Below, piece after piece: positions 9,440 to 19,251 of a stretch of 64,000 nt of DNA. The position numbers and the translations under genes are program-made. The notes beneath the pieces are model-generated. The model was not told where the DNA came from and made no database searches. It saw nothing but the letters and a program-made list of their open reading frames with translations. Within the stretch, counting starts at the first letter, position 1, and every line of letters starts with the position of its first letter. Source of the stretch: Salinibacter ruber DSM 13855 (GTDB lineage Bacteria > Bacteroidota > Rhodothermia > Rhodothermales > Salinibacteraceae); contig NC_007677.1 of NCBI RefSeq assembly GCF_000013045.1, positions 3,096,203 to 3,160,202 on the forward strand. The letters are read 5' to 3'.

Positions 9440-10819
9440 TCACAACACCACGTCCACGACCTCCTTCAGTTGCTGGGCCCCGGTCACGTCGATGTCGTAG
9501 TCGCCCGCAATGCGGTCGAGGTTGTTCTCCGGCACCACCGCCCGGTCGAAGCCCAGCTTGGCGGCCTCCTTGAGGCGCGGCTCCACGCGGCTCACGGTGC
9601 GAATCTCGCCGCCGAGCCCCACCTCGCCGATGAGGGCCGAGCCGGTGTCGGCGGGAATGTCGCGGAACGACGACGCCGCCGCGATGGCGACGCCCAGGTC
9701 CACGGCCGGCTCCTCCAGTTTGACCCCCCCGGCCACGTTGATGAACACGTCATGGTCGCTGAAGGCCAGTCCGGCGCGCTTCTCCAACACCGCCAGTATC
9801 ATCTGCAGCCGCTGGGCCGCGAAGCCGGTGACGGTGCGCTGGGGGGTGCTGTAGGAGGTGGGCGTGACGAGCGCCTGAATCTCGACCAGGATGGGCCGGG
9901 TGCCCTCCAGGGAGCACACGACCGTGGAGCCGCTCACGCCGTAGCCGCGCTCGGACAGGAAGATCTCACTCGGGTTGGGCACCTCCCGCAGGCCGTCCTC
10001 CCGCATCTCGAACACCCCAATCTCGTTGGCCGCTCCGAACCGGTTTTTCACACTCCGGAGGATGCGGTACGCGTGGTTCTGATCGCCCTCAAAGTACAAC
10101 ACCGTGTCCACCATATGCTCCAGCACCCGGGGCCCCGCGATGGTGCCCTTCTTGGTAACGTGCCCCACGAGGAAGGTGGAGAACTCCCGCTCCTTCGTGA
10201 GCTTGAGGAGCGAGGCGGTGCTCTCCCGCACCTGACTGACCGAACCGGGGGCGCTCGTCAGGTCGGGACGGTAGATGGTCTGAATGGAGTCGGCCACGAG
10301 CAGGTCGGGGGCCACGTCGTCGACGGCGTTGGCGATCTCCTGCACGTTCGTCTCGGCCAGCAGGTAGAGGGCGTCGCTGTCGACCCCGAGCCGCTGGGCG
10401 CGCAGCTTGACCTGTCGCTTCGACTCCTCCCCGGTCACGTACAGGATCTTGCGGCCCGGCAGGTAGCCGCCCAGCTCGGTCATGAGCGTGCTCTTGCCGA
10501 TGCCGGGGTCCCCGGCGATGAGGCTGAACGAGCCCTGCATGATGCCCCCGCCCATGACGCGGTCGAGCTCGTCGACCCCGGTCTTCAGCCGAGACTCCCC
10601 CTCCATCTCCACCTCCGTCAGCTGGGTCGGCTGGTTTTGGGCCGCCGCCGTTCCGTTCTGGCCGTCCGTGCTGAGGTCGGGGACCTGGGCCTCCACGTCG
10701 GCACTCTCGGTCTCCTTTACGAGCGTGTTCCAGGCCCCGCACCCGGTGCACTTGCCCATCCACTTGTGGGCCTCGTGCCCACATTCCTGACAAACGTATC
10801 GCGGCTCGGAGCTGGCCAT
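9440..10819 (-). CDS. radA: DNA repair protein RadA (Sms)
   Basis: N-terminal C4 zinc finger (CQECGH...CTGCGAWNT), Walker A GDPGIGKST, KNRFG motif and C-terminal Lon-like domain. ATG at 10819 (MASSEPRYVC). Confidence 0.9.
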   Translation of the reverse strand: MASSEPRYVCQECGHEAHKWMGKCTGCGAWNTLVKETESADVEAQVPDLSTDGQNGTAAAQNQPTQLTEVEMEGESRLKTGVDELDRVMGGGIMQGSFSLIAGDPGIGKSTLMTELGGYLPGRKILYVTGEESKRQVKLRAQRLGVDSDALYLLAETNVQEIANAVDDVAPDLLVADSIQTIYRPDLTSAPGSVSQVRESTASLLKLTKEREFSTFLVGHVTKKGTIAGPRVLEHMVDTVLYFEGDQNHAYRILRSVKNRFGAANEIGVFEMREDGLREVPNPSEIFLSERGYGVSGSTVVCSLEGTRPILVEIQALVTPTSYSTPQRTVTGFAAQRLQMILAVLEKRAGLAFSDHDVFINVAGGVKLEEPAVDLGVAIAAASSFRDIPADTGSALIGEVGLGGEIRTVSRVEPRLKEAAKLGFDRAVVPENNLDRIAGDYDIDVTGAQQLKEVVDVVL

Positions 10820-10869
10820 GCGAATACCGGCGGGTTCGTGCGTTTGACGACTGAGGGCGGACGCGGCCC

Positions 10870-11808
10870 GTGTTCTTCCGAGGGCTGCGCCTGCATAGTG
10901 CACTGCCATCCGTCCGCCAGAGATCCCTCCGTGCCCCCGACGTAGAGGAACCTCCGCGTCGGGTTGGATGTGCATATGCAGGCTCCGGCTCAGAGCCGTC
11001 CCGGCTCCGGGCCGCCTCGTTCGCGCCCTGTGCATTCTCTGCTTCTTCTGTCTCGTTGCTCGACGCTCTGCTCTCTCCGTTTCGGGCCCTCGGCCGGTAC
11101 GCGACGCTCATGGGCCGGGCGTTTGCCTCGATCGACAAGGTGGGCACCTACTGGAATAACCTCTTCATCCAGATGGTGCGCGTGGGGATCGACTCGATCC
11201 CCATCGTCGCCCTCGCGGCGGCGTTTACGGGGGCGGTGTTTACCGTGCAGACCGCCTACCAGCTGGAGACGCCCTTCATCCCGAAGACGATCATCGGGTC
11301 GATCGTGGCGCCGTCCATCATGCTGGAGCTGGGGGCCGTAATCGCGGGCTTCATCCTAGCGGGGCGCGTGGGCGCCCGGATCGCGGCGGAGCTCGGGACA
11401 ATGCGGGTGTCCGAGCAGATCGACGCCCTGGAGGTGATGGGCCTCAACTCCGTCGGGTTCCTGGTCCTGCCGCGCGTGCTGGCCGGCGTCCTCATGTTTC
11501 CGGTGCTGTACGTCGTCTCCTGCGTCGTCGGAATCGGGACCGGCATCGGGGTGGGGCACTTCGGGGGCTTCCTGAGCGCCAGCGAGTTTCTGGAGGGCGC
11601 GCGCCAGTTTTTCAAGCTGCTCGACCCCACCATCGGGCTCATCAAGTCGTTCGCCTTCGGGTTTATCATCACCTCCATCGCCTGCTACAAAGGCTACTAC
11701 ACGGGCGGCGGGGCCGTGGGGGTGGGCGACAGCACGACCCAGGCGGCCGTCCTGAGCTGCGTGTTCATCCTCGTCGCCGACCTCCTCATCGCCCTGCTGC
11801 TGCTGTGA
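10870..11808 (+). CDS. mlaE: MlaE-like ABC transporter permease (phospholipid/organic-solvent resistance family)
   Basis: Multi-TM permease with an EQIDALEVMG block characteristic of MlaE/TtgB. GTG start at 10870; the true start is uncertain. Confidence 0.75.
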   Translation: MFFRGLRLHSALPSVRQRSLRAPDVEEPPRRVGCAYAGSGSEPSRLRAASFAPCAFSASSVSLLDALLSPFRALGRYATLMGRAFASIDKVGTYWNNLFIQMVRVGIDSIPIVALAAAFTGAVFTVQTAYQLETPFIPKTIIGSIVAPSIMLELGAVIAGFILAGRVGARIAAELGTMRVSEQIDALEVMGLNSVGFLVLPRVLAGVLMFPVLYVVSCVVGIGTGIGVGHFGGFLSASEFLEGARQFFKLLDPTIGLIKSFAFGFIITSIACYKGYYTGGGAVGVGDSTTQAAVLSCVFILVADLLIALLLL

Positions 11809-11874
11809 CGGGCCCGACGCGTGCCCGGCTCCGTGCGACGGGCCGTCCCTGCACCCCCTGCCTCCCTCCCCGCC

Positions 11875-12645
11875 ATGATTGAGGTCCAGAACGTATCGAA
11901 AGGGTTCGGAACGCTCCAGGTGCTGGAGGGCGTCTCGCTCGACATCCACGACGGCGAGACCCTCGCCATCATCGGGCGGTCCGGGTCCGGAAAGAGCGTG
12001 CTGATGAAGCACGTCGTGGGCCTGCTCACGCCGGACGAAGGGCGTGTGCTCGTGGACGGCACGGACATCGACACGATTCCCTACGAGGAGCTTCGCCGGC
12101 TCCGGCGCCGGTTCGGCGTGCTGTTCCAGGGCGGCGCGCTCTTCGACTCGATGACGACGTTCGAAAACGTTGCCTTCCCGCTCCGCTACTTCTCGTCGAT
12201 GGACGAGGGGGGCATCCGGGACCGCGTGCAGGAGTGCCTCGACCTGGTTCGCCTCTCAGGCGTGGGGACGAAGAACCCGACCGACCTATCCGGGGGGATG
12301 CGGAAACGGGTGGCCCTCGCCCGCGCCATCGCCATCGAGCCGGAATACATTCTCTACGACGAGCCGACGAGCGGCCTCGACCCCGAGACCTCAAACACCA
12401 TCAACGACCTCATCAGCCACCTCGCCGAGGAGCTTAACGTGACGAGTGTCGTCGTCACCCACGACATGCACTCCGTCCTTTCCATTGCCGACCGGGTCGC
12501 CTTTCTCCACGAGCGCAACCTCGAATGGGTGGGGCCCGTCTCCGGGATTCACGACTGCTCGAACCCGCACCTCAATTCCTTTGTGAAAGCCAACGAGTAC
12601 CAGGTGGGCGACACCACCCCCGCCCTGTCCGGGCCGTCGGCCTGA
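11875..12645 (+). CDS. mlaF: MlaF-like ABC transporter ATP-binding protein
   Basis: Walker A GRSGSGKS, signature LSGGMRKRVALARA, Walker B ILYDEPTSGLDP. ATG at 11875 (MIEVQNVSK). Confidence 0.85.
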   Translation: MIEVQNVSKGFGTLQVLEGVSLDIHDGETLAIIGRSGSGKSVLMKHVVGLLTPDEGRVLVDGTDIDTIPYEELRRLRRRFGVLFQGGALFDSMTTFENVAFPLRYFSSMDEGGIRDRVQECLDLVRLSGVGTKNPTDLSGGMRKRVALARAIAIEPEYILYDEPTSGLDPETSNTINDLISHLAEELNVTSVVVTHDMHSVLSIADRVAFLHERNLEWVGPVSGIHDCSNPHLNSFVKANEYQVGDTTPALSGPSA

Positions 12646-12702
12646 CCCCTTGGGCTCGTTTCGGGTTCTTCGCCGTTCTCGCACGTCCTGCTCTCCTGCT
12701 AC

Positions 12703-13635
12703 ATGGAATACAGCAACGAAATCAAGGTTGGGATCGCCATCGTCGTCGCGGTTGTCGCGGCCGTCTTTGGGGTTCGGTTCCTGCAAGACCTCCCGCTGTT
12801 CGGCGACACGTACGCCGTGAAGGCCGAATTTGAGGAGGCCAGCGGCCTCACGGCGGGCAACCCGGTGCGCATGAAGGGCGTCAATGTGGGCTCCGTGGAG
12901 TCGATCCGCCTCAACCAGGAGACCCAAACCGTGCGGGCCCGCCTCCGCATCGAGGAGGGCATTCGGATTCCGGAGGGCTCCCACGCGAAGGTTGCCGGCT
13001 TTAGCGGCATTGGCGGCGTCCGCATCAGCATCCTTCCCGGCCCCCGCGAGAACCCCCCGCTCCCGCCGGACGCCACGCTCTCGGCGCCCCCTGAGGGCAG
13101 CGTCTTCGACCGCCTTACCGACCAGGCCCCCGCGCTGGCGAACAAGGCCGACAGCGTGCTTACGAGCACGAACACGACCATGTCGGCCCTGAGCACCCAA
13201 CTCCAAGATCCGGACAGCGACCTGCGACAGGCCCTCACCTCCGCCAAGAACATCACGGGCGACCTCGAATCGGTCACCGAGGCGGAGAAGGAAACCCTCC
13301 GCGCCCTCCTCCAAAACCTGCAGTCGGTGTCGAGCGACCTCGACACGTTCATGGGCGAAAACGGCGACTCCCTGGACGTGGCCGTGCGGCGCCTGAACGA
13401 GTCGCTCGACCGCCTCAACCGGGGGCTCGCCTCCCTCGAACAGACCTCCGCCACCCTCGACACGGTGGCCACCAAGCTGAACGAGGGCGACGGCACGGCC
13501 GGCCGCCTCCTCAACGACCCGAGCCTCTACCTGCGGCTGGACTCGGCCGCGGCCCGCACCAACACGCTTCTCCAGGACTTCCAGCGCGACCCGGGGCGCT
13601 ACCTGAACGACATGACGCTCGTGAAGGTGTTTTAG
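12703..13635 (+). CDS. mlaD: MlaD/MCE-family substrate-binding protein
   Basis: N-terminal TM then an MCE domain (YAVKAEFEEASGLTAGNPVRMKGVNVGSVESIRL), followed by a long helical C-terminal region. Confidence 0.8.
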   Translation: MEYSNEIKVGIAIVVAVVAAVFGVRFLQDLPLFGDTYAVKAEFEEASGLTAGNPVRMKGVNVGSVESIRLNQETQTVRARLRIEEGIRIPEGSHAKVAGFSGIGGVRISILPGPRENPPLPPDATLSAPPEGSVFDRLTDQAPALANKADSVLTSTNTTMSALSTQLQDPDSDLRQALTSAKNITGDLESVTEAEKETLRALLQNLQSVSSDLDTFMGENGDSLDVAVRRLNESLDRLNRGLASLEQTSATLDTVATKLNEGDGTAGRLLNDPSLYLRLDSAAARTNTLLQDFQRDPGRYLNDMTLVKVF

Positions 13636-13683
13636 ACACGGAGCACCCCGACGGGCCCCTCAGCACGCAACCGATCGCTGCGC

Positions 13684-14892
13684 ATGGCGGCTCCTGATTC
13701 CGATACCAACGACGGCCAGGAAGATACAGGGCTGGCGGCAGCGGTGCAATCCCGCTCGCACGACGGGGCGACCGGACGCGACGCGTCGTGGCCCCGCCTG
13801 CAGCGGCAGATCTTTCGCACGGCGAGCCGCCACCTGCCCGATTCCGCCGGCACGGCGGAGGCGGGGGTGGAGCCGCCCCCCAAGCGCACGGGCCGCTACG
13901 CCCGCTGGCTGCCGGTGCTGAAGGCCCTGCCCTGGGTGCTGGGCGCGCTCTTTGCCCTGTCGTTCGTGTGGGACTTTCCGGGCGTGACCCTGACCGTGGC
14001 CGGGTATACCGTCGTGCTGGAGGACCTGCTGCGCTTCACCGCCGTCAGCGGCCTCGTCGGCTTCGGGACGAACTGGCTCGCCATCACGATGCTCTTTCGC
14101 CCCCGCGAGCCGCGGCCTCTCGTGGGACAGGGCCTCGTGCCCGCCCAGCGGGAGCGGGTGGCCTACCGTCTCGCCCAGGCCGTGAGCGACGAGCTCATCA
14201 ACAAGGCCCTCATCAAGGAGAAAATTCGGGAGAGCGGCCTCGTGGCCCAGTACCGGGATCTGCTCGTGGCGGCGGCCAGCGACGTGGCGACCGACGACGC
14301 GGTGCGCACGGAGGGGAAGGCCCTGCTCCGCCGCGCGCTGCGAGACGTGCTCTCCACCCCGTCGGTGCAGACACGGATCGTCGCCCTCACCGCCGAGCAG
14401 GTGGAGGCGCAGGCCGGCGAGGGCCTCTCGGGCCTGATGCTGCGGGCCTACCGGTACTTCGGGGAGGACGACTTCCGGGCCCGCCTGCGCGAGACCGTGC
14501 GGCGCCTGCCCGACGCGGTCGACCCGCTGGTGGAGGAGCTCGATCCGGTGCTCGACCGCCTCCCCGCCGAACTGGAACGCCGCAGCGACGAGATCGAATC
14601 GCTGCTGACGCGCGTGGTGCTCCGCCTCGTGGACACGCTCGACCTGGAGCGCATGATCTATGAGAACGTGCGCGCCTACGACGAGCGGCAACTCGAAATG
14701 CTGCTGCGCCGCACGACCAACGAGCAGCTCAACTACATCAAGTACCTCGGGGCCGCGCTCGGCATCATCGGCGGCTTCATCATCTGGGCCCCAGCGGCCG
14801 CACTCGTCGCGGTCACGACACTCGGCCTCGCCGTGTACGGCCTGGACGAGGCGCTCTTTCGCGCCCGGACAGATGATACGTCGTCCTCGTAA
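13684..14892 (+). CDS. DUF445-family membrane protein
   Basis: GFGTNWLAITMLFRP matches the DUF445 signature and there is a C-terminal TM. Follows the Mla-like genes. Confidence 0.6.
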   Translation: MAAPDSDTNDGQEDTGLAAAVQSRSHDGATGRDASWPRLQRQIFRTASRHLPDSAGTAEAGVEPPPKRTGRYARWLPVLKALPWVLGALFALSFVWDFPGVTLTVAGYTVVLEDLLRFTAVSGLVGFGTNWLAITMLFRPREPRPLVGQGLVPAQRERVAYRLAQAVSDELINKALIKEKIRESGLVAQYRDLLVAAASDVATDDAVRTEGKALLRRALRDVLSTPSVQTRIVALTAEQVEAQAGEGLSGLMLRAYRYFGEDDFRARLRETVRRLPDAVDPLVEELDPVLDRLPAELERRSDEIESLLTRVVLRLVDTLDLERMIYENVRAYDERQLEMLLRRTTNEQLNYIKYLGAALGIIGGFIIWAPAAALVAVTTLGLAVYGLDEALFRARTDDTSSS

Positions 14893-14955
14893 AACCGGCC
14901 GCGCACACATTGATCGGTCGTCCCTGCTTTTCCTTCACCACCTGCACTGCCGCCA

Positions 14956-16365
14956 ATGCCCCCCCACGAGCCCCTCTCCGGCGTCGACGCGGCGTGGCTG
15001 CGGATGGACGAGCCGACGAACCTGATGACCATCACCGGCGTGCTCGTGCTCGACGACCCGATGGACGTCGACACGCTCAAGACCCTTCTAGAGGAGCGCT
15101 TCCTCGGCTTCGACCGGTTTCGGCAGCGGGTGCGCGACCCCGAGGGCTCCCCGTACTGGGAACTGGATCCGTACTTTGACCTCGACCGGCACGTGCACCG
15201 CACGGCCCTGCCGGGCGCGGCCGGCCGCGACGAGCTCAAGGAGCGGGTGAGCACGCTCATGAGCGTGCCGCTCGACCGGGACAAGCCACTCTGGGAGATG
15301 GAGCTGGTGGAGGACTATCTCGGCGGCAGTGCCCTCATCATACGGCTGCACCACTGCATCGCCGACGGCATGGCGCTGCTGCAGGTGCTGCTGTCGCTCA
15401 CCGACGAGTATTTCGACCCGGCCCGCTTCCCCACGACGGAGGACCGCGGGCTGCTCTCCGGCGTGATGCAGGGCGCCCTCGACACCGTCCGCGGCACCGT
15501 CCGGACCGGGCGGCGCCTGCTGAGCGAAGGCGCGAAGTCGCTCCTTCGGCCCTCCCGCGCCCTGCGGCGCGCCAAACAGGGCCTGAGCTTCGGGGCGGCG
15601 CTGTCGAAGTTTCTCTCGCTGCCCCACGATGACGACACGCCCCTGAAGGGCGAGCTGGGCGTGAAGCAGCGGGCTACGTGGTCCGCCCCCCTCGACCTGG
15701 CGCGCGTCAAGCGCATCGGGGGCGTCGTGGACGCCAAGGTGAACGACGTGCTGCTCGGGGCCGTGGCGGGGGCGCTGCGGTACTACCTGGCCGCCCGCAC
15801 GGAGCCGACCGACACGGAGACGGTACGCGCCCTCATCCCGGTCAACCTGCGCCCGCCAGAGCAGGCCTTCGAGCTCGGCAACCGCTTCGGGCTCGTGTTT
15901 CTGGACCTGCCCGTCGGCCTCGACGATCCCCTGGAGCGCATGCTGGCGGTAAAGCAGCGGATGGACGCCCTCAAGGGCTCGGCGGAGGCCGTCGCCGCGT
16001 TCAGCGTATTGGAGAGCCTCGGGTACCTGCCGCTGAGCGTGGAGGACCGCGCCGTGCGCCACTTCAGCAACCGGGCCAGCGCGGTGATGACGAACGTGCC
16101 GGGGCCGCAGGAGCCGCTCCACATGAAGGGGCGGCACGTGCAGCACGTGATGCCGTGGGTGCCGCGGGCGGGGCACGTGGGCCTGGGCGTGAGCATCTTC
16201 AGCTACGACGGCACGGTGCGCCTCGGCATCGCCTGCGACGCCGGCCTCATCCCCGACCCCGACACCATTATCGAGGGGTTCGAGCGCGAGTTCGACCGGC
16301 TCGCGGACGACCTGCTGCCCGCCACGGATGAGGGACCGCCCCCCGCGTCATCCCCTCAAGGTTAA
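14956..16365 (+). CDS. Wax ester synthase/diacylglycerol acyltransferase (WS/DGAT family)
   Basis: Catalytic HHxxxDG motif present as HHCIADG. Length 469 aa and N-terminal PLSGVDAAWL match the WS/DGAT family. Confidence 0.85.
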   Translation: MPPHEPLSGVDAAWLRMDEPTNLMTITGVLVLDDPMDVDTLKTLLEERFLGFDRFRQRVRDPEGSPYWELDPYFDLDRHVHRTALPGAAGRDELKERVSTLMSVPLDRDKPLWEMELVEDYLGGSALIIRLHHCIADGMALLQVLLSLTDEYFDPARFPTTEDRGLLSGVMQGALDTVRGTVRTGRRLLSEGAKSLLRPSRALRRAKQGLSFGAALSKFLSLPHDDDTPLKGELGVKQRATWSAPLDLARVKRIGGVVDAKVNDVLLGAVAGALRYYLAARTEPTDTETVRALIPVNLRPPEQAFELGNRFGLVFLDLPVGLDDPLERMLAVKQRMDALKGSAEAVAAFSVLESLGYLPLSVEDRAVRHFSNRASAVMTNVPGPQEPLHMKGRHVQHVMPWVPRAGHVGLGVSIFSYDGTVRLGIACDAGLIPDPDTIIEGFEREFDRLADDLLPATDEGPPPASSPQG

Positions 16366-16892
16366 GAATCGGCTTCCTCAATGGACCGGGCGAGCGCCTC
16401 GATGCGGGCGCCGAGGGCGTCCACCCGCTCGCGCAACTCCGCCACGTCGTCGCGGGACGGCACCCCCACCCGCCGGAGAACGTCGTTCACGTCCGCCTGG
16501 ACGCGCTCGTCCGACGCCCGGATCGCGTCGGCCTCGTCCGTCGCCCGCCGCACCCGCCGGGCCATCGCCTCCGTGCGCTCGCGCCGGGCCCGCTCCCACG
16601 ACCGGCCCTCCTCCACGAGCGCGTCGAACACCTGCGTGCCGGCGTCCTGCACCGCCCCGACGACCCCGAGGCCGGCCCACCACGCCGCACGCGCCCCACG
16701 AACCAGGCCCGATGCCACTGCGCCGGGCCCCGGCAGCCCCCACCCCGACGATCGCGAGCGCGCAGACGACGCGGACGGCTTCGGGTCGGCCTGCTCGGGT
16801 CGTTTGCCACGCGTAATGGTAATTGTGGGGCCGCTGTCGCTCATGTGTTTGCCGTTGAGGATGTCGGAGAACGGATCGGTGCCCTCACGCAA
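16362..16892 (-). CDS. Phasin-like (poly(hydroxyalkanoate) granule-associated protein family)
   Basis: ARAAWWAGLGVVGAVQDAGTQVFDALVEEGRSWE resembles the conserved core of the PHA-granule-associated protein family. Helical and charged C-terminus. Start could be the internal MSDSGPT at 16844. Confidence 0.6.
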   Translation of the reverse strand: MREGTDPFSDILNGKHMSDSGPTITITRGKRPEQADPKPSASSARSRSSGWGLPGPGAVASGLVRGARAAWWAGLGVVGAVQDAGTQVFDALVEEGRSWERARRERTEAMARRVRRATDEADAIRASDERVQADVNDVLRRVGVPSRDDVAELRERVDALGARIEALARSIEEADS

Positions 16893-16894
16893 CG

Positions 16895-17338
16895 CTAGTA
16901 GGTTTTCTCCACGTCCGCCGCCACCGACATCATGCCGCGGAAGACGCCCATGTTGGACATGATCTGCATCATGGAGCCGTCGATCTTATAGTCCGGCGAC
17001 GCGATGGCCTCGGTGGCGCCCATCTCGCCCTGGTCCATCTGCATCCACACGTCGTAGGGGGCCGTGGCCCGCGCCATGATCGCATCGGTGTCCACCGCCT
17101 CCTCGCGCATCTGATCGGAGGGGGCGTCGTCAATCCAAAGGTCCACGTCCACGACCTGGCCCTCCTCGAACGTGTAGGTGGCGGTCACGTCCTCGGCGTC
17201 GGGCGTGTCGAGGCACCGCAGCTCGATGGTTTCGGAGAAGGAGCCCGCGGTGTCCTGGAACTCGTCGTCGCGGTTCAGCGCCTCGACGAAGCGTTCGACG
17301 TACGCGGGCGTCCAGTAGCGGGGGGCGTCGTCGCTCAT
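16895..17338 (-). CDS. SCP2 (sterol carrier protein-2)-like lipid-binding protein
   Basis: C-terminal block MGATEAIASPDYKIDGSMMQIMSNMGVFRGM resembles the SCP2 fold signature (...KIxGxM...). 147 aa. Confidence 0.55.
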   Translation of the reverse strand: MSDDAPRYWTPAYVERFVEALNRDDEFQDTAGSFSETIELRCLDTPDAEDVTATYTFEEGQVVDVDLWIDDAPSDQMREEAVDTDAIMARATAPYDVWMQMDQGEMGATEAIASPDYKIDGSMMQIMSNMGVFRGMMSVAADVEKTY

Positions 17339-17785
17339 GGGTGGAGAAGGGATTTGTCAAAAGGCCGCGCCGTAGTGTAGCCGTGCGGGGGGCAGAGTGG
17401 CAAGCGAAACGGGGGCGCGCAACGTTGGGGCACGTTGACCGGCGCCCAGGTCTCGTGCGTCTCGCGGTCTTTCCCGTCCCCCCCGTCCATCGCCGCGACG
17501 ACTCACAACTCACAGACAAGGCCGGTCCCCATTCCCCGCTCTGCGGACCGGCCCCACGCCGACCAGCACCGACCGTCGGGTGTCCACACGGTCCCCTTCT
17601 AGCGTGGAGACGATGACTCGGCGCACCGTCCCGAAGAGGACCTGAGCGTCGGCTTTCAGAAACGGATCTCTCGGCCGGGGGCGGGTGGGACGGGCCGTGG
17701 TCCCTTCCGGGGACGGTCGCCCCCGGTTCTTTTCCCCACCACCACGCGGTTCCCTCTGCCCCTGCGCATGCAGTCGCATCCGGCC

Positions 17786-18103
17786 TTACGGGTCGATCGG
17801 GCCGGGGCTCTCTCCGGAGGAGGACACGAGAAGGGCCACGCCCCGGCTGAACAGTTGCCCAGCAAGGCCCAGGGCAACCCCGAGCCCCATGCCAAAGATG
17901 GCGAGCTCCTTCACGCCCAGGTATTTGCTGACGCTGATGAAGCCCATCCAGGAGAGCGCGCGCTGAACGATGCCGGTCTGGTCGGAGACCACGAAGAGAA
18001 CGGCCCCGAACACGAACCCGAAGAAGGCGGATCGAACCAGGTCCTCGACCAGCAGGCCGCCAACCAATGGGGAAGAAATCGTCTCGTCTTCGCTCTGGCT
18101 CAT
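17786..18103 (-). CDS. Hypothetical small membrane protein
   Basis: 105 aa with two hydrophobic segments. Composition (K, F, I, Y present) fits a real gene rather than GC noise. ATG at 18103. Confidence 0.45.
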   Translation of the reverse strand: MSQSEDETISSPLVGGLLVEDLVRSAFFGFVFGAVLFVVSDQTGIVQRALSWMGFISVSKYLGVKELAIFGMGLGVALGLAGQLFSRGVALLVSSSGESPGPIDP

Positions 18104-18768
18104 AAGGATGAACGCTCAAACACAGAAAGGGCCCGCCCTGAAAAGCGAGGCGGGACCGGCTCGTGGGGCTATTTCCGGCCGCTTTGCAGTCGCGTGAGTG
18201 CGCAGCCGTTGCTCCGCGATCCTTCAGAACGCCACACAGGCTCGTAGGACGCGGTAACTCGCTTTTTAGAGAACCAACAAAGAACGTGGGAGGTCCGGAG
18301 AGTGGGCCCTGACGCCTCCCCTGAAGGTCAAAATAAAATCGAAATCCAATGGGTCGTCCCCAGATGGCCCGGGGCCGTACGGCGGAGAACCGGGGTCCGT
18401 GTCGCCCTGAGTGTCGTGCGGGACCCGTCCGGGCGGACGAACGGCCTCGCCATTTTTTGGGATTCGGGCCGGGCGTACGACGACCGGACGTTCTCGGGGG
18501 AGTCTCTTCGCTTTCGTGAGAAGGCCGGCCCCATCCCCCGATCACTGAACCACTTCGTGCCGGTGGGGACCTAGCCTCGGTGGGCCCGAGCACCAGTCTT
18601 CCGTCCGTCTGGGAGGTCTTCGCGCGAAGGGGGCCTGCCCCACGACGGCGGAAGGGTGTCGCGATCGCGTTACAATGCAGAGGAAGCGGGAACGACCCGG
18701 GTGGGCAAGGGGAACCAGCACTCGTGGTTTGGCCCAATTCTTACACTTCTTCAAACGCTTTGCCTGCT

Positions 18769-19251
18769 ATGGACGAACGCGAACTTGTTGAGACACGGGT
18801 CCGAGACGTGCTGCGAACGAAGGGCACCCTCCAGCAGAACGGGGATGTCCTCACGGCCACCCCCACCGACACCGTTTACGAGTGTATCGACGCCATGGTG
18901 GACCGCGGCATCGGGTCCATCGTCATCACGGAGGACGACGAGATGGTCGGCATCTTCACCGAGCGGGACTACATGCGCGACATTGCCTTGAAGGGACGCT
19001 CCTCCCCGGAGACCGAGGTGCAGGAAGTCATGACGGAAGACGTCGTCACCGCAGAGGCGGAGGACCAGCTCCGCGATTGCCTGGATCGGATGAACGACCT
19101 GCAGTGCCGCCACCTTCCCGTGGTCGACGACGAGGGCAACCTCGCCGACATCATCTCGATGCGGGACTGCGCGAAGCAAGTCGCCGAGTCGGCGGAGTCG
19201 GGCGCGACGCAGCTCGTGAACTACGTGACGGGCCAGTATTCCACCCGGTAG
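18769..19251 (+). CDS. CBS-domain pair protein
   Basis: Two CBS motifs (VYECIDAMVDRGIGSIVITEDDEMVGIFTERD; CLDRMNDLQCRHLPVVDDEGNLADIISMRD). ATG at 18769 (MDERELV); the long upstream reading frame is not convincing coding. Confidence 0.8.
   Translation: MDERELVETRVRDVLRTKGTLQQNGDVLTATPTDTVYECIDAMVDRGIGSIVITEDDEMVGIFTERDYMRDIALKGRSSPETEVQEVMTEDVVTAEAEDQLRDCLDRMNDLQCRHLPVVDDEGNLADIISMRDCAKQVAESAESGATQLVNYVTGQYSTR

Noticed and set aside
8804-10945. 713-aa ORF on the + strand
   Set aside because: Antisense to radA and the ECF sigma gene, with Arg/Gly/Val-rich composition typical of spurious open frames in 66% GC DNA. The opposite strand carries clear RadA and sigma motifs.
13660-14910. 416-aa minus-strand ORF
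   Set aside because: Antisense to the DUF445 gene, which has the recognisable GFGTNWLAITMLFRP signature. The antisense frame is Arg/Gly/Ala-rich.
17130-18737. 535-aa ORF on the - strand
   Set aside because: Extremely Arg/Pro/Gly-rich with no domain. Overlaps the SCP2-like gene and the small membrane gene in other frames. Treated as a GC artefact over a non-coding region.
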